A stretch of DNA of 64,000 nt from Selaginella moellendorffii (lineage: Eukaryota; Plantae; Lycopodiophyta): positions 135,199 to 199,198 of the forward strand of contig NW_003314265.1 in assembly GCF_000143415.4 (NCBI RefSeq), given 5' to 3'. The position numbers and the translations under genes were made by a program. The stretch's first letter is position 1, and each line of letters opens with the position of its first letter. Positions 62,830 through 64,000 of this stretch are shown piece by piece. A model generated the notes under the pieces. That model saw only the letters and a list, made by a program, of their open reading frames with translations. It did no database searches and was not told where the DNA came from.

Positions 62830-64000
62830 ACTAAGAACCCTAGCTGCACGTATGTGAGTTCCAGGATAAAAAACATTGAACATTATTTAAACATTATTAT
62901 TGTTTGTTTGGTTTTACTATTTTGAATTGCCAATAGTAAATGAAATGTAATTAAAACCTTTTTAACATGATATATGTATTGCTGAAAGCAAGTCACTGAG
63001 TGTTTGGTCTGCTTATTATTTTGAAATAACATTTTCTTTAATTCTCATTTGTACAAAATTGCTCTAGCTTTAACCCTTTCTTATTTGAAAACTATATTGT
63101 TAATGATTAAATCACTATAAAAACTATTTTGATAAAAACAACCAATACTCCAATTGGCATGCTTGGTTAGTTTTAAATATAAATTGCTTCAAAGTGTAAT
63201 TTTGATTAATCATTTCATTCCCTTGCTTTGAAGAGTTTGATCTATTTGTGTTCATATATTAAATTGGCATTATAAAGAAGTATAAAAGCTCTAAATCCCA
63301 TTGGAGGAAAATAAACAGTGCATAATAAAGGTATATAATTATTTATGGCCATAAAGTTTTAAGAGAGTTTATAAATTATAAATAGTATGAGGTCCAAGTG
63401 TACAGCTACAATGCCATATATTAATATTAACGTAATGGGATTTTGGTAACCATCGGATTAGTTTTAATTCAGATTACACACTCTTGTATATAAACTAGAT
63501 TTTTTGGGCTAATTGATATACATATTTTCTGTATTCCCTTTCTATATTCCAAGCACTCACAACAGGAGATTACTATAAATGAATAATAACCATTAGATGG
63601 TAGAATATCAAAGCATAATTATAGGTATATTCAAGCTCATATTTAAAGTTAACTATAACACTGTCATTTTTAACTACTTTCGCATAGAAACTAATTCAAA
63701 TACAAAATTATTGAGTTTTAGTAAATTTAAACCTCAAGATTAACTGAATGTTTTTAATAGAATTTTAACAGAATATTAAAGTAGCTCTTTCAGCACTAAG
63801 AATAGCCATAAGAGTTTTTGAGATTGTGACATATTTATAAATTTTCAAATTTGAGGAAATAGTTTTCTTATAAGCAATAAAAAATAAAACCAAAAGTAAT
63901 TTAATTTATTGCATTTTACTCAAATAAAAATTAATAGTTGTAAGAAGTATAAATATCAAAAATACATTTTAGATGATATTCTAAACAACAGTGCTATACT
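62830..64000. other. AT-rich, CpG-poor tract, probably decayed repeat DNA; unclassified
   Basis: Abrupt composition shift just after the tRNA; no ORFs in the track. Confidence 0.5.

Overview
Gene-dense land-plant nuclear DNA with ~50-70 nt GT-AG introns, very short intergenic gaps, telo-boxes and a PPR gene rich in short motifs. By inference this is most like a lycophyte such as Selaginella; that is not verified. About 20 apparently intact genes: PLS-PPR, a degenerate tRNase Z-like gene, CTC1, TAD3, TAF10, a CGF/Ni-transporter-like gene, PAM71, a CNGC19/20-type channel, ABCG, RAD51, PLAT, F-box/LRR, RUVBL2, UROD, PIP5K, an acyl-ACP desaturase, a STIG1-like gene and tRNA-Lys(CTT). Three very AT-rich tracts interrupt them (3.3-8.2 kb, 29.9-38.8 kb, 62.8-64 kb). 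Main observations: (1) a trihelix/Myb-SANT DNA-binding domain is fused in-frame, within one exon, to an intact beta-ureidopropionase (43184-45282); (2) a trypsin-like module is made of one protease with an intact His-Asp-Ser triad, two intact triad-less pseudo-proteases with a ubiquitin-like-looking header, and several heavily GC-to-AT decayed protease copies in the AT-rich tracts, including a 4x440-bp tandem array that is amplified protease coding sequence; (3) Merlin/IS1595-like transposase fossils lie beside these relics; (4) an ABCG-RAD51-PLAT-pseudoprotease-FBL block has been duplicated, leaving two RAD51 pseudogenes. All homology calls come from motif recognition by eye; no searches were run. 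Ends of spliced genes and relics are approximate where stated.
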